Positions 49,892-62,126 of a stretch of DNA of 64,000 nt are shown one piece after another. Source of the stretch: Leucoraja ocellata (lineage: Eukaryota); the NCBI GenBank assembly GCA_036785375.1, contig JAWMAR010000039.1:1426001-1490000 (forward strand). Direction: 5' to 3'. The notes under the pieces were generated by a model. It ran no database searches. It saw only the letters and a program-made list of their open reading frames with translations, and was not told where the DNA came from. Position 1 is the first letter of the stretch, and each line of letters begins with the position of its first letter. The translations under genes and the position numbers were made by a program.

Positions 49892-52001
49892 ACTGTACAA
49901 CCAGGTTGGTGAATCAGGAGGATGGTTACGGCTTGGGAGGACATGGTGTGTTACAGCAAGCCCTTGCTTCAGCAGCACCAAGTACTCACTGCTGGCCTTT
50001 CTCCCTTTACATTGTTCCCTTCAAATCACTGCGAGAGGAAATGGTGATTTCACCCACTATGCGTGCTTTTAATAGTGGCCTGTGGTGTTTTAACCAACTC
50101 TGATCTGGTAATATTGCTTTGCTTGTTTTCCATTGAATAAAACAGCATAGTTCATTGTATTCTAGTGGTATGCTTTTTTAAGGAAAAACAAATTAAGTTA
50201 AGGTAATCACTTCTGTAACAAAAATGTAAGTTTCCTTTTGGCCTGTGTCCCTGCCAGAGTAGAGTTTGTTTATACAAGATATCAATGCCAATTGAAAATA
50301 AATGAATTTCCTTTCCCTGGATCTCAGTGCCTCATCTATAGTTGTGAATCGTGTCAAGGTCTTTTCCAATATACTCCCCACATCTTTTGCAAGACTGGCC
50401 TGAAGCTAACATCCAGGAGAGTTTATGTGAGTGCCTCTGTTTCTGATTCTATTTCCTCCCTTTTATTATTCCCCGTAACCTTCCGAGGAATATGGCCGGA
50501 ATCTCGCCATTGCTTTGACGCAGTGCATGACAGAGTGGGAACTTTGAGTTCAAACCCCTCTACAGGCACACTCCCACAACAATCTCATCTGCCAGTACTA
50601 GCTTAAAAAATTAGTCTCCTTGTATCCGTCTCAGAACTCAAAAGTGCACGAGCAGTTAGTATCCATAGTGATGTCCCAAAACACACGGGTGTAAAACCGT
50701 TTGTAGAAAAATTAACTTTGTCTTGGACTGACTTCAAAGCAATTATCTAATCGCAAGGTTCAGGCAATGTTTCATGTAGTGCGACCTTGGCTTTTATGGT
50801 TGATGATATCATCTGAACACCTTTGTTAAATTATTGGTTTGTAATCGCTGGCAAGAACCGATTATTTTTCTAAGAAGGTGATTTAATACACATAGAATTA
50901 CCAGTAAAATCTATCTGATATATGAAATCTTTTCATTGGTTAACTTTGTTAATGTCAAATATCTTTTATGAAATATTATTGTTCATCAATATTGATATTC
51001 GCACCACCTGGCAGATACTGAAAGTGGGAAATTAAAATAATCCTGCAGGATTTAGTTTATTGAAGCTGAGCGAAGAATGTATTTTTGTAGAAAAGTTTCC
51101 ATCATTAATAACGTGGCTGCAACGAAGTTCTGCTTTCATGTGTCAGGCGAGGGGAATTTTGCCAGCGGTAATTGTAAAAATTCAATTTACCTACAACCAT
51201 CACAACTGTTTCTTCAAAGACTTTTGCTCTTTCTCACAATATTTTAAGACAATAATCAGCATAACACTTTTTAATCCAGCTAACCATTTTTTAGAAGCAT
51301 TGAAATTCATTGCATGAAAATAAACATAGTTATGGAGTATGTGCACGGAGAATGGTTTATAAAAGGTAATTCCTCTCCACTCACACATTAAAGCAGAACT
51401 TTAATGCAGCTGTATTAATGATGGAAACTTTAAAACAAATACTTAAAACTTAAAAAAAACCCATCCAGCTTCAATAAACTCTAAACTGCAGAACATTACA
51501 GATAAAGCTACTTTAATTTAAAAGATGATTTATTATCTATATGTAAAATAGAAATGTTATGATACTGTGAAACCATGTGTCATATTTTCACTGGAGCACT
51601 TGAGGGACAAGTAGTTGTCGGACTCAAGCTTGTTTCTATGATTAGTGTTGTAACATTTACTATCAGAGAGATAAGTTTCTTCTTTGGTCCCCTCCCTGGC
51701 GTCTTGCTGAGATAGCATTACATGGCATTGTTACTCCTCCAGGACTGTTGGCCAGCGACCATTATTCATGTACAAGATTGGTGAGTGCTGCTGAACCATT
51801 CCGCTGCAAGGAACACCATTGCCCAGTCAAATGTATGGTCCGTTGATGTCAGAATGTCGATATCTCTTGCCTCCTCCCCACCTTGCAACTGATGTTAACA
51901 TTTGTAAGCAAAGCTCAGAGTGAGATTAGCCAACTCAGCACAAAGTAAAACTCAAACTTGGGACCTTCTAGTGTGTTGTGGATGCCAGTTGTAAGCGTAA
52001 C

Positions 52002-52034
52002 CAAAGATCCTATAGATCCGCTATAGGATCTTTG
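52002..52034. mobile_element. 33-bp TIR-only micro-transposon (P- or hAT-type ends)
   Basis: CAAAGATCCTATAG-atccg-CTATAGGATCTTTG; TSD A(G/A)CGTAAC at 51994-52001 / 52035-52042. Confidence 0.8.
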
Positions 52035-52818
52035 AACGTAACCACTCCTCATCTGTCAGGGAAGCAGACCAAGTGTCACTGCAGGTACATACAGTAGATA
52101 AGTAGATTAATTAAAATCTCGACTGTAAAAGTTTGTACGGAAAAGAATATTTTCTTTGTGAGTTGGCAAATGGCTTTTGGATGTTGATTGATGGGAGAAT
52201 GGGGAACCAGAGCTAATACGCTGGAAGGTTCAACGATGGCACAGATGGTAGTCAGTTTTCTTCCCAACCAAACAGATGGTGTCAGAATTGAATGCCAGAC
52301 CTGTCAGTCTCGCGGTGACTTCCTACCACTGCTTGGATGTGAGCCTCACTATCGACGGTGTTGATAGATATGCCAGTCTGATCTACAAGGAGCATGCTTA
52401 CCTTGCGACGACCACGGTAGCAGTGATGGTAGCGATGTAGAGTAATGCGAGCCAATTATAACCTTCCCATCCGAAGATAAAACTGTAAACAGTATCCGAC
52501 AGCGTCTCTGCGGCATCACCGTGTAGAAACAATGTAAGCACCAGCTTATCAGCAAACTTGTCAGGCAGCTAGTTTATAATAATTAGAAATAGCAGTTATG
52601 GTGGTCAGTGACAGTTGGTCCTCCTGTGCAGTGGGGATCTCAGTGAGGTCAGTACAATCCAAAATTCCCGTCCTTCAGTGTCAGTGTCATTGTACGGGAT
52701 ATTTCGGGCTGGCAAATGAGACGGGGCATCTTGGTCAGCATGGGCTCTATGACTAAACGGCTGGTAAAAAAACTGAAGTGCCTTGTTAGCATTTGAAGAT
52801 TTGTGCTGAGTAAACCGT

Positions 52819-53392
52819 TTTTTTATTGCAAAATAGACATTATTCAGGTAATAAATATATACAATATGTGAACCGTGCGAAAAATTCATCCGACATTTTC
52901 GGAGGCTATACAAATTGTTCAATACAGTCTATATACATTTCTCAAATTTCACAAATCTGTCCTCCACCCATGCCACTCATGTGGCCCCCTGGCGTGGGAT
53001 ACCTTCCTTTATTTTGAGGGGTGTCTCCACCACACCCTGCCCCCCATGTCCAGCAGTGGAAGGACCCTAGACTGTGGTCCTCCCCCACCGAGCCTTGGCA
53101 TTGGCTGCACCGAGCATCAGTGCGTCCCTCAGCACGTACTCCTGCAGTCTGATGCGGGCCAGTCGGCAACATTCCCTGACGGACATCTCGCTCTGCTGGG
53201 TGGTGAACAACGCTCGTCTTTCACTGAGTTGATGACCTTCCAGCAGCACTCGATGTCAGTCTCTGAATGTGTCCCTGGGAACAGTCTATAAATCACAGTG
53301 TCCTCTGTGACGGAGCTGTTCGGGATAAAGCGTGCCAGGGACCCTTGCATACTTCTCCAGACTCTCTTTGCAAATCCACACTCTGCCAAGAT
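52819..53392 (-). mobile_element. L1/Tx1-clade LINE 3' fragment
   Basis: Frameshifted peptides ECGFAKRVW...VIYRLFPGTHSETDIECCWKVINSVKD and CCRLARIRLQEYVLRDALMLGAANAKARWG resemble a Tx1-type ORF2 C-terminus; ends in aataaaaaa on the minus strand. Confidence 0.7.
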
Positions 53393-54719
53393 TTGTTTTG
53401 AGTAAACAATCAAAGAACGATCATGGAGATTCCAGAGAGACTCGGATCACCATCGTTGCCATGTTGTGGAACATGGTGCATACTCCTTTGGGAGAGAGTG
53501 GTTAGAGAACAGGACAACATCAAGACAAGGATGAAAAGTGATGATCATTCACCACTCAGTTGTTGCTTCTTGCCGCAAGCCATATGCAATTGGCCAAATC
53601 CACGGAACCTCTGCACGAGTTACATTGAGTGGACTTCGGATACCTGGGGCATTATCGCAGATGAAGCAATTGATTGGCCCCAGCCGCAAAGTTAGAGAGG
53701 TCCTCAAATCAACATAATCACCAGAGTGAGTTTATGCTGTTTTAATGATGCTGAAAGCCTGAACGAGTCATGCGTTTTAATGTCAAATGTCCTAAACAGA
53801 ACAATGAAATTCTTACTTGCAGCAGCGCAACAGAATATGTAAACATAGTACTGTAAACAAAATGATAGATGATAAATGAGCCTGATGGCTATTAGTTATT
53901 TACAGACAAGTTCATTGACATAGGCAATTTTAATAATTTTGAAAATAATTCAAATTTAGCAAGAAATTGATTGCTTTACAACAAACCAGTTAACTGCAGT
54001 GTGACATCGTTTCATGATCATGTTCAATTGCTTAAAATTGTTTTACTCACAGGAGGAGGAAGAGACATGGACCCGGGCTGTTTATTTTGTGAACACACTC
54101 CTTTACAGCTGCCCAAATAAATCAGCAGCAGCTTCCTGCTCTTCCACTGTAACCAGTAAGCCAGTCAGTTGAAAGAGATTCTAAACCCTCTTGCTTATTG
54201 CATTAGTTCATGGCAGATTTTGGATTTCGAGATTTGTATAAAGGAATTTAGGCTGAAATCAAGGAAGATCTGTTTTAATAACCGGTGAAAACTCTCCCGA
54301 GAAATGCTATTTAAAATACTAATTGATAAAATAAAGTACATAATAATAATCAGTTGAAAGCATCGCATTTGTTCCAGCAATTTAATCACATTGCAGTTTT
54401 TTTTCCATGCAGCATGCGATGAAATTGTAGGAAAAATGGGATCATTAAATCTAATCAAAAGCTACCATGTAATGAGTTCTGATCGTGTAATCCATGTACA
54501 CACACAAACACACAGAGACCATGGAGGTGTCTGCAGTCTTCGGGCAGTGCACCATTCATATCCCCTTCCATGAATCTAATTCATGTATATGCAGTGAACT
54601 CCAGAAGTGTGTATTGTACAGTGAAGCAGGTCAAGCAGCAGGGAAACACTCGGCACCTGTGCTTTTCCAAAGAATCATCATTTCCCTCAAAGCACCCTCC
54701 TTCACATTGGCAAGTCCAA

Positions 54720-55025
54720 GTGCAGATTAAGCAATTGATTTGCCGTACACCTGCACTCTGTCCACCCAGGTCTGCTGGATCTCCCAGTCGCTCACAATTT
54801 TAACTCCCCTTCCCATTCTCACGCTGTCAGTTTCTGCCCTGGGCCTCCTCCATTGTCAGCGTGAGGCCGCAGCACCTCCTATTCCGCTGGGATAGCTCAC
54901 AACAAGAAGGGTCTCGACCCGAAAAGTCACCCATTCCTTCTCTCCAGAGATGCTGCCTGGCCCCGCGGAGTTACTCCAGCTTTTTGTGACTATCCAGCGG
55001 CATGCATGTCGATTTCTCCAATATG
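54720..55025 (+). mobile_element. Degraded Penelope GIY-YIG fragment with a nested hammerhead-type unit
   Basis: ttttaactccccttcccattct...ctgggcctcctccattgtcag is homologous to 44560-44760(-); inserted gaagggtctcgacccgaaaagtcaccc...gagttactccagc at about 54904-54992. Confidence 0.7.
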
Positions 55026-56819
55026 CAAGGGGTTGCCTCCGAATACTGGAATATTCCCCGATGCGGTACTTCCTGCCCTAGGTTTGGATAGTCTCATCAA
55101 TGCTTCTTCATGGGTTGCAGCTGGAATAGATGTACGCGATTCCCGGTTTGCATTCAATGCACTGTCTATCGTTTGAATACAATTAATGAAGATGATTCAG
55201 CCAGTAAGCATATTTCAGCATGGGATGAGGGTGAGGCGAGAGGGTAACAGGGAGAGGGGTTTGGGCGGAGGTGCATGGTGGGGAGATGGGGAAGGAGATA
55301 CCTTCCTTTACAGGATGAACATGAGGAAATTTGTGCTAAAATAACCTAATGCCTTTCATTCTGATTTACAAAGCACCTATTGCATGGAAATTAGTTCAAA
55401 ACACACCATCTGACTGTAGCTTGTCGTTCTGCGCTGTTTCCTTGCCTGCATATGGTGTCACAACTGTAGATAAGTAGGTGCCAGGTCTAAATTATTCAAC
55501 CAGCAAGCACTAGCATCTAGACAGTAAAGTCTTTGGCTCTGTTTTCATAAGGCTTGCACAATCTTGCAAACCTAATGGTGTGTGACATCCTGTTCAGAAA
55601 TAGGCAGATTTGAGAAGTTTGTTGAACAATCCTTTTGTTATAATTATATTCCCCAGTCACATGAGGACAACAATTAAATACTCTTTGGACTTTAAGGGAC
55701 ATGCTTAATCATGCTTGTTGCAAAAACATATTTTAGAAAAGCAGATGGTACCAACTAAACTCATGAAGCATACTACAATCTGCTTGAATGTTATAACCCT
55801 TTGTGAGTGCGAGCTTGGGTCAGTGGATCCCTATTCTCCGAGTCGGAAGTTTTAGATTAAGCACAAATCTGATGCGGCTGATGCTTTTGAGCAGCATTAA
55901 TGGATATTTAAACCAGTGTGGATTTGGATGTGAAATTATGTTTTATTTCATTTACAGTCACGTTTTCAAAGCTGAACATTAAGAATACAATGCTTTAAGA
56001 TTTCTGTAATTGGTCTTTGTCTGACAATTATCAACAGTGATATTGTCAGAGCAACCCTACATATTCATCTGTGCTTAAGTAAAAAATTTCTTTTTTAAAA
56101 TAGCGAGAAAAAATGTTTGTGAGAACACCTTGGACACCATGTGCCCTAGCCGTTTGCTCTATCAAATGCGGGGAGCTTGTCAAAACCTTCCGAAAGCCCA
56201 TGTACAGGACGTCGCCTTGCCTACATCATTTTCCTTTATAATCAGCTCAGAAATCTCAGGCAGATTTGTAGGCAGAGTTTTCCCTGCACAAACCACACTG
56301 ACTCCCCATAATCAATCTCTGCTTCTCCAAGGGATCATACTTCCTGTCTCCAAGATTTTTTTCCCCATAGTTTCCCTGCCGCTGATGTAAAGCTGATGGG
56401 CCTGTGGTTTCCTGGTTTATCCCCACCACTCTTCCAGAATATGGGAGTAGCGTTTGCTACCCTCTAGTCTTGCAGTCCCTCACCGTAGATGACGTAGCAG
56501 TCTCTGGCCGAGACCCAGGAATCTCCTGCCTTGTTTCCCGTCAGCCCCTGCGATAGATTTCATCAGGCTCTGGGGATTTGTCCATGGTAGTGTGCATCTA
56601 CAGACCTTACACTTCCTCTTTCTTGAAGCACATCATTCACTTAGCCTTGGAGGTTCAGAAAGCTTTCTCCCCCTTGTGATGGGCCAGTATCATTGTGAAA
56701 GGATGTGCAGGCAAGTATAAAAGATCTGCCCGTCTGCACCGGAGAAGTGGCGACATGGTTGAGTGTGGACCTGTGGCCATAGATGGAGTGGGCAGTATTG
56801 GAGAAGGTCAGCACAATCG

Positions 56820-57034
56820 AAACATAGAAACATAGGAAATAGGTGCAGGAGTAGGCCATTCGGCCCTTTGAGCCTGCACCGCCATTCAATATGATCATGG
56901 CTGATCATCCAACTCATCCCGGACTTCCCCAACATCGGGAACAATCTTCCTGCATCTAGCCTGTCCAACCCCTTAAGAATTTTGTAAGTTTCTATAAGAT
57001 CCCCCTCAATCTTCTAAATTCTAGCGAGTACAAG
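56820..57034 (-). mobile_element. Young CR1 3' fragment with internal deletion
   Basis: Near-identical to the reverse complement of 5696-5810 joined directly to 6020-6120. Confidence 0.85.
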
Positions 57035-57491
57035 CAATAGTGAGTGATGAGAGACACAAAATGCCAGAGTAACAGGCAGCATCTCTGGATAGAAGGAATG
57101 GGAGACGTCTCCCATCCCTTCTATCCAGAGATGTTGCCTGTCCCGCTGAGTGACCCCAGCATTTTGTGTCTATCTTCAGTGTACACCAGCATTTGCAGCT
57201 CCTTCCTACACATGGCTAGTGAGGAGAGATGTCCGCAAAAGGCAAACTTGGCAAGTCGAGTGCACTGATTCAAGGTGGGCTCAGTGAGTGGAAAGTTGGT
57301 TTGCAACCTTGGGAGGGTCACTTGTTTTTGGATCAGTATTTGATTTTGAAGCATCCATCTGTTTGACGTTATTTTACATGTACATATCATGTGAATTTAA
57401 ATGCCAGTGAAAGAAGTATAACCCAAGATGGTCGAACCAAATCCTGTGTTCGGTTTATATAGGTCTGAGTCATAGTTTAACAAATGTGGAG

Positions 57492-57700
57492 ACACAAGAA
57501 ACTGCAGATGCTGGTTTACAGAAAAAGACCCAAAGTGCTGCAGTAACTCAGTGGATCAGGCAACATCTCTGGAGAACACAGATAGGTGACGTTTTGGATC
57601 GGGACTCTTCAGACTGAAGAAGGGTCTTGTCACCAATCCATGTTCTCCAGAGATGCCGTTTGACCCACTGAGTTACTCCAGCACTTTGTGTCTTTTTTTC
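57492..57700. mobile_element. Palindromic Penelope-derived unit with TSD
   Basis: Inverted arms meet at TCTTCAG-A-CTGAAGA; TSD AACAAATG(T/C)GGAG at 57479-57491 / 57701-57713. Confidence 0.8.
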
Positions 57701-57864
57701 AACAAATGCGGAGTTGTTTGCTGGTAAAAGCATAGCTGCGTTGGAGATAACATTAAATCCTAAACTGCTTGACTCACTAGTTATGGTGATTAAACTAATA
57801 TTCAAAAGTCATTTACAAACTCTGACCAGAGAGTTGGAAACCAATGTCAAGTTCTGAATGTTTC

Positions 57865-58245
57865 CTGAAGGAGGCGCTACCTCGTAAAGGCAGTCAGTAT
57901 CATCAAAGACCTGCACCACCCTGGCCGCGCTCTCATCTCGCTGCTACCATCGGGGAGAAGGTACAGGAGGAGCCTGAAAACCGTGACCTTCAGGTTCGAG
58001 AACAGCTTCTTCCCAACAACCAACAACACTAACCACTACCTCAGCGATAATGAGCTGCCGTGGACTGTGTCCTTTTGGACTCCAGTTTGTACGACTGTTA
58101 TTAATTTATTGTATATGGATTATTATATATTTACCTGTGTGTTGTTGCATTAACGAGCCTGTTTAGCTGGAGCAAGGAAGAATTTCACTGTTCCGTTCCC
58201 GTACCTGACCATTAAACAGTCCTGAATTAACTCTTGACTCTTGAA
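57865..58245 (+). mobile_element. Rex1/Babar-type LINE 3' fragment
   Basis: cagtatcatcaaagacc.gcaccaccctggcc...aggtacagg..cctgaaaaccgtgacc..caggttc is homologous to 6850-6990; ctcttgactcttgaa tail. Confidence 0.75.
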
Positions 58246-59419
58246 CCCTGTGTCATCAGTGGAAGGCCAAGCATACAGCATTAGCAGAAACAATAATGTT
58301 GCACTATTCATGAACACAAATAACACTGCTTCAGGTTAATATAAAATATATAAAAAAGCAACGAATATATAAAAATATGATGACTGGGGATCTCAGTTCC
58401 AACTGCCAACAGTCAGTTATCCAAAGGGAAATAATAATCTGTTAATATAAAGCAACATTACTGCTAATAAATCAGGAAATACAGACAAGATCTAACTTTG
58501 CGGTGACAGTCAACATGATGCATAACGGCCATAAATTGAATAGCTTTTTGATCACCAAGGATCATCTCACCAGCCACTGGAGCATTATGGACATTGGGCT
58601 GAAGACCACGTGCCCCTGAGGAGATGGATGGTGGGGAAAGTGCAATGGGTTGTATTATATCTCCTCATTTGTCTTCCTGGCAGAATATCTCCGACTTTCA
58701 CTGTAATTAAACTGGTCGCATGTTAGGAAGGTTTTATTGTTTTCTGGATGATGTGGGTAAGCCATCGGTAGTTGTCCACAGTAGTAGGCACCTGCCTTCT
58801 CCTTAGACTCCGGTGAGATCAGTGGTGGGGTCAGTGTGCGGCTCTCACTGTTGAACCGTTTGAAATGTTTAAATCTATCCGGGGTCTGGCCAAAGGCGAG
58901 GGGACTATTTCATCACATACTGGCCTGTGGGCTGTGGCAAGGCTTTGAATTGTTGGACTTGTTAATTGCAGCAGCCTCAATCTCTTTCTTGCATCCATAT
59001 TGTCGATGTCATTGGTCTGGTTTAGTTGTCAGAATGATGTTTTTGCAATGAAGGAGTCGGATGTGGCAGTGCCATGAAAATGTCAGAGAAACCATTTTCT
59101 CCTTGAGATAGTTCTCACTTGACATTTGCGTTATGTAAATGTTAGCTCAATTTGTGATGTTGCCCTATTCTTGGAGTGAGATGGTTTAAAATACCGCACA
59201 ACCATTGCCAGTGACAATAAAAGTTTATTTTGCATAGAAATCTCTAATATTTGACGATTGGTTTAGAAGTATAGGTGCTGTCATTTTGGAGAGCAAACAT
59301 CTGTTGTCAGATGTTAATCTAAAAACCTTGTGATGATATGAACTTATATTGTGATACTGATATTATTCCCCAATTGCCAAGAGAAAGGGATTTAAGTTAG
59401 AAAAAAACAACAAAAAACA

Positions 59420-59833
59420 CTAGAATACATAGAACCTAGAAACAGAAAAATATGTGCAGAAGTAGGCCATTCGGCCCTTCGAGCCAGCACTTCCATTCAA
59501 TATGGTCATGGCCGATCATCTAAAATCAGTACCCTGTACCTGCTTTATCCCCCATATCCCTTGATTCCTTAAAAGCTAAATCTAACTCTTGAAAACATCC
59601 AGTGAAATGGCCTCCACTGCCTTCTGTGGCAGAGAATTCCATAGATTCACAACTCTGGGTAAAAAAGTTTTTCCTCATCTCAGTCCTAAATGGCCTACCC
59701 ATTATTCTTAAACTGTGACCCCCCTGGTTCTGGATCCCCCCCCAACATCAGGATAATTTTTCCTAGCCTGCCCAATCCCTTAAGAATTTTACATGTTTCT
59801 ATGAGATCTCCTCTCATCCTTCTAAATTCCAGT
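59420..59833 (-). mobile_element. CR1 3' fragment
   Basis: gtaggccattcggcccttcgagccagcac...ggcctccactgccttctgtggcagagaattcc...cccttaagaattt. Confidence 0.85.
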
Positions 59834-59834
59834 G

Positions 59835-60133
59835 TCAGCAGGTCAGGCAACACCTCTGGATATCAGTCTGAAGAAAGGTCCCGACCCAATACGTCACCTA
59901 TCCATGTTCTCCGGGGATGCAGCCTGACCTGTTGAATTACTCCAGTATTTTGTGTTTTTCTTTGGCATAAACCAGCATCTGCAGTTCCTTGTTATTACAT
60001 CTCTGGAGAACATGGATAGGAGACATTTTGGTTTGGGACCCTTCTTTCTATTTGGGACATGCTTCACCCATTCCTTTTCTTCAGAGATGCTGTCTGACCC
60101 GCTGAGTTACTCCAGCTTTTTGTGTCTATCTTC
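59835..60133. mobile_element. Cluster of Penelope-derived units in mixed orientation
   Basis: gtctgaagaaaggtcccgacccaatacgtcacc core; repeated gatgc.g.ctgacc.g.tga.ttactccag arms. Confidence 0.7.
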
Positions 60134-60549
60134 TGAACATTTTAATTTGTTTGTTCAGTGAATCCACCATGGTCCAGTAAGTTGTATTTTACTGGTGGTT
60201 ACCCGTTACATCTAAGTTGTGGCTACTGCATCATTCTGGCTGGTTATGTACATTATTGGGGGTGTCCTGTCAGTCAGTTAAACCCTCAATATTGAAGCAG
60301 TGAATTCAGGCTGCCATTTACTGAGTAGCTGGCGAGAATATGACTTTTCCATTCAAACTCTCCATCACAGGGGCATTGTAGAGAGGGAACATGCCTGGGC
60401 ATTGACTGGGTGGGGCATTCCTGTCGTGTGGAGACACCAGAAGTGACTACTTGGCAAGTCTGCCCCCTCCCCCCCCCCCCACAACCGTTCCCTATTTACC
60501 CCCCTCCTGTGGATACATCTCCCCCCTCTATCTCTCCTTCCCCTCCCCT

Positions 60550-60946
60550 CCCGGGTACCAGCGGAACGAGCAGCGATGGCGGGAGCGCGCCTGGCTGTGT
60601 TGACGGGAGCGCGCCTCCCCCTGCGCGGCCCCGCCTGCAGTGGAGGCTGCGCTGGCCGGCACTGCGCTCTCGGAGCGGAGCAGCGCGGCGGCTCCGGCTC
60701 CGGCTCGCACACCCGCAGCGGGGAAAGGGAGCGGGCCGGCTCCGGCTCCCGGACCATGTGTGGCCCCCGGCCCTGAGGCCCCTGCCCTGCCAGTCCTGCC
60801 CCGTCCCGTCCCGGACAGGACCGGACCCTCCTGCACCGCGCTGTGGGACGGCGGCTGCTGACAGCATGTGGACACCCTGCACACACTCTTGATGCTCCCC
60901 GCAACCCGCCCGTCCAAATATGATGAAATGGCAGCCCCGGAAGAAG
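60550..60946 (+). promoter_or_regulatory. CpG island with probable first exon of an unidentified gene
   Basis: Highest CpG/GC density in unique DNA of the window, GC box ccccgcc, donor-like GAAG|GTGAGA at 60946/60947; ATGs at 60920 (MMKWQPRKK, phase 0) and 60928 (gaaATGg, MAAPEE, phase 1). Confidence 0.6.
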
Positions 60947-60954
60947 GTGAGAAC

Positions 60955-61300
60955 GGGGGGACAAGAGGGGGAGAGGGAGCAGAGAGGGGGGAGAGAGGGA
61001 GAGAGAGACAGGAGGGGAGAGGGGGAGAGAGACAGGAGAGGGGAGAGAGGCAGGAGAGGGGAGAGAGGCAGGAGAGGGGGAGAGGAGTAGACAGGAGATG
61101 AGTGAGAGGTAGAGACAAGGGAGAGGGGAAGACGGGGAGAGGGAGTGAGAGAGAGTGACAGGACGGGGACGGGGTACAGGCAGGCGGGGAGCAGGGACAA
61201 GGGAAGACTGGGTAGAGAGGAGAGGGAGAGAGAAGGAGTGAGTGTGGGAGGGAGAGTGGGAGAGGGAGGTGACGGGGAGAGAGGGGTTGGAGAGTGGGGG
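60955..61300. repeat. Polypurine (GA-rich) low-complexity tract with ~18-bp tandem units
   Basis: Repeated caggagaggggagagagg units; explains the spurious S/P/L-rich ORFs on the minus strand. Confidence 0.85.
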
Positions 61301-61942
61301 GTCACCCAGTTTCCGTGTGGGACAGTGCCTGTCACTCACCCCAAGCGGTGCTCCTGCCGGGGACGATGCTATCTTCGCGTTGTCACTCTGAACGTTTTGT
61401 ACTCTTGTGATCTATTGCTGCGGAAAACTTTTTTTGTGCCTTTAAAAAAAACCCCAAAAAACCCGTGTTGCCATTCTGCGTGAGAATGTGCCGGCGCGGA
61501 GCGAGCAGCGGTGTAACTGTGTACACCCTGCCTGTCCACACTGACTGTGCGTGTCAGTATTGGTGTCGCCGACACGCAGCCGGCTGCTGTGGCCGGACTG
61601 ACCGACAATTGTTACAGAGTCTGGTGTCTGTAAATGACCCGGGATGGATGCCAGTGTGATCAAAACTGTAGGCGACAGTCAGTGGCGAAGTCCAGGTCTA
61701 GGTGGGAGAGTTGCCCAGTCTGTGGCAGCTAGTGAGTGCTGCCTGCACGCAGTGTTGCTGCCAATGTCCAGCCCAATCCCCCCTCCCCACCCCCAAAAAC
61801 TCAGAGTACAATTATTGTTATGTCGTTCCTTTTATTCACTATGTGTAACGCTTTATGCACTGGTTGTGCCTGTTGTAAGTGAACGCGACATGCGTGTAGA
61901 TGGTGTTGAGGATACAGACACGTCTGACAGTTTTATGTGCAA

Positions 61943-62126
61943 TGTGCAGGAAGGAACTGCGAATGCTGGTTTACACCAAAGAGAGACACAAAATGCTAGA
62001 GTAACTCAGCGGGACAGGCAGCATCTCTGGAGAGATAGAGAGGGAGAGGGAGAGAACAATTCCTTCCCTCCAGAGATACTACCTGTCCCGCTGAGTTACT
62101 CCAGCATTTTGTGTCTGTCTTCAGTA
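61943..62126. mobile_element. Palindromic Penelope-derived unit with TSD
   Basis: Inverted arms acacaaaatgct.gagtaactcagcgggacagg / cctgtcccgctgagttactccagcattttgtgt; TSD TTATGTGCAA at 61933-61942 / 62127-62136. Confidence 0.8.

Noticed and set aside
60365-61339. Long 196-324 aa minus-strand ORFs
   Set aside because: Artefacts of the GC-rich island plus GA low-complexity tract, which lack stop codons
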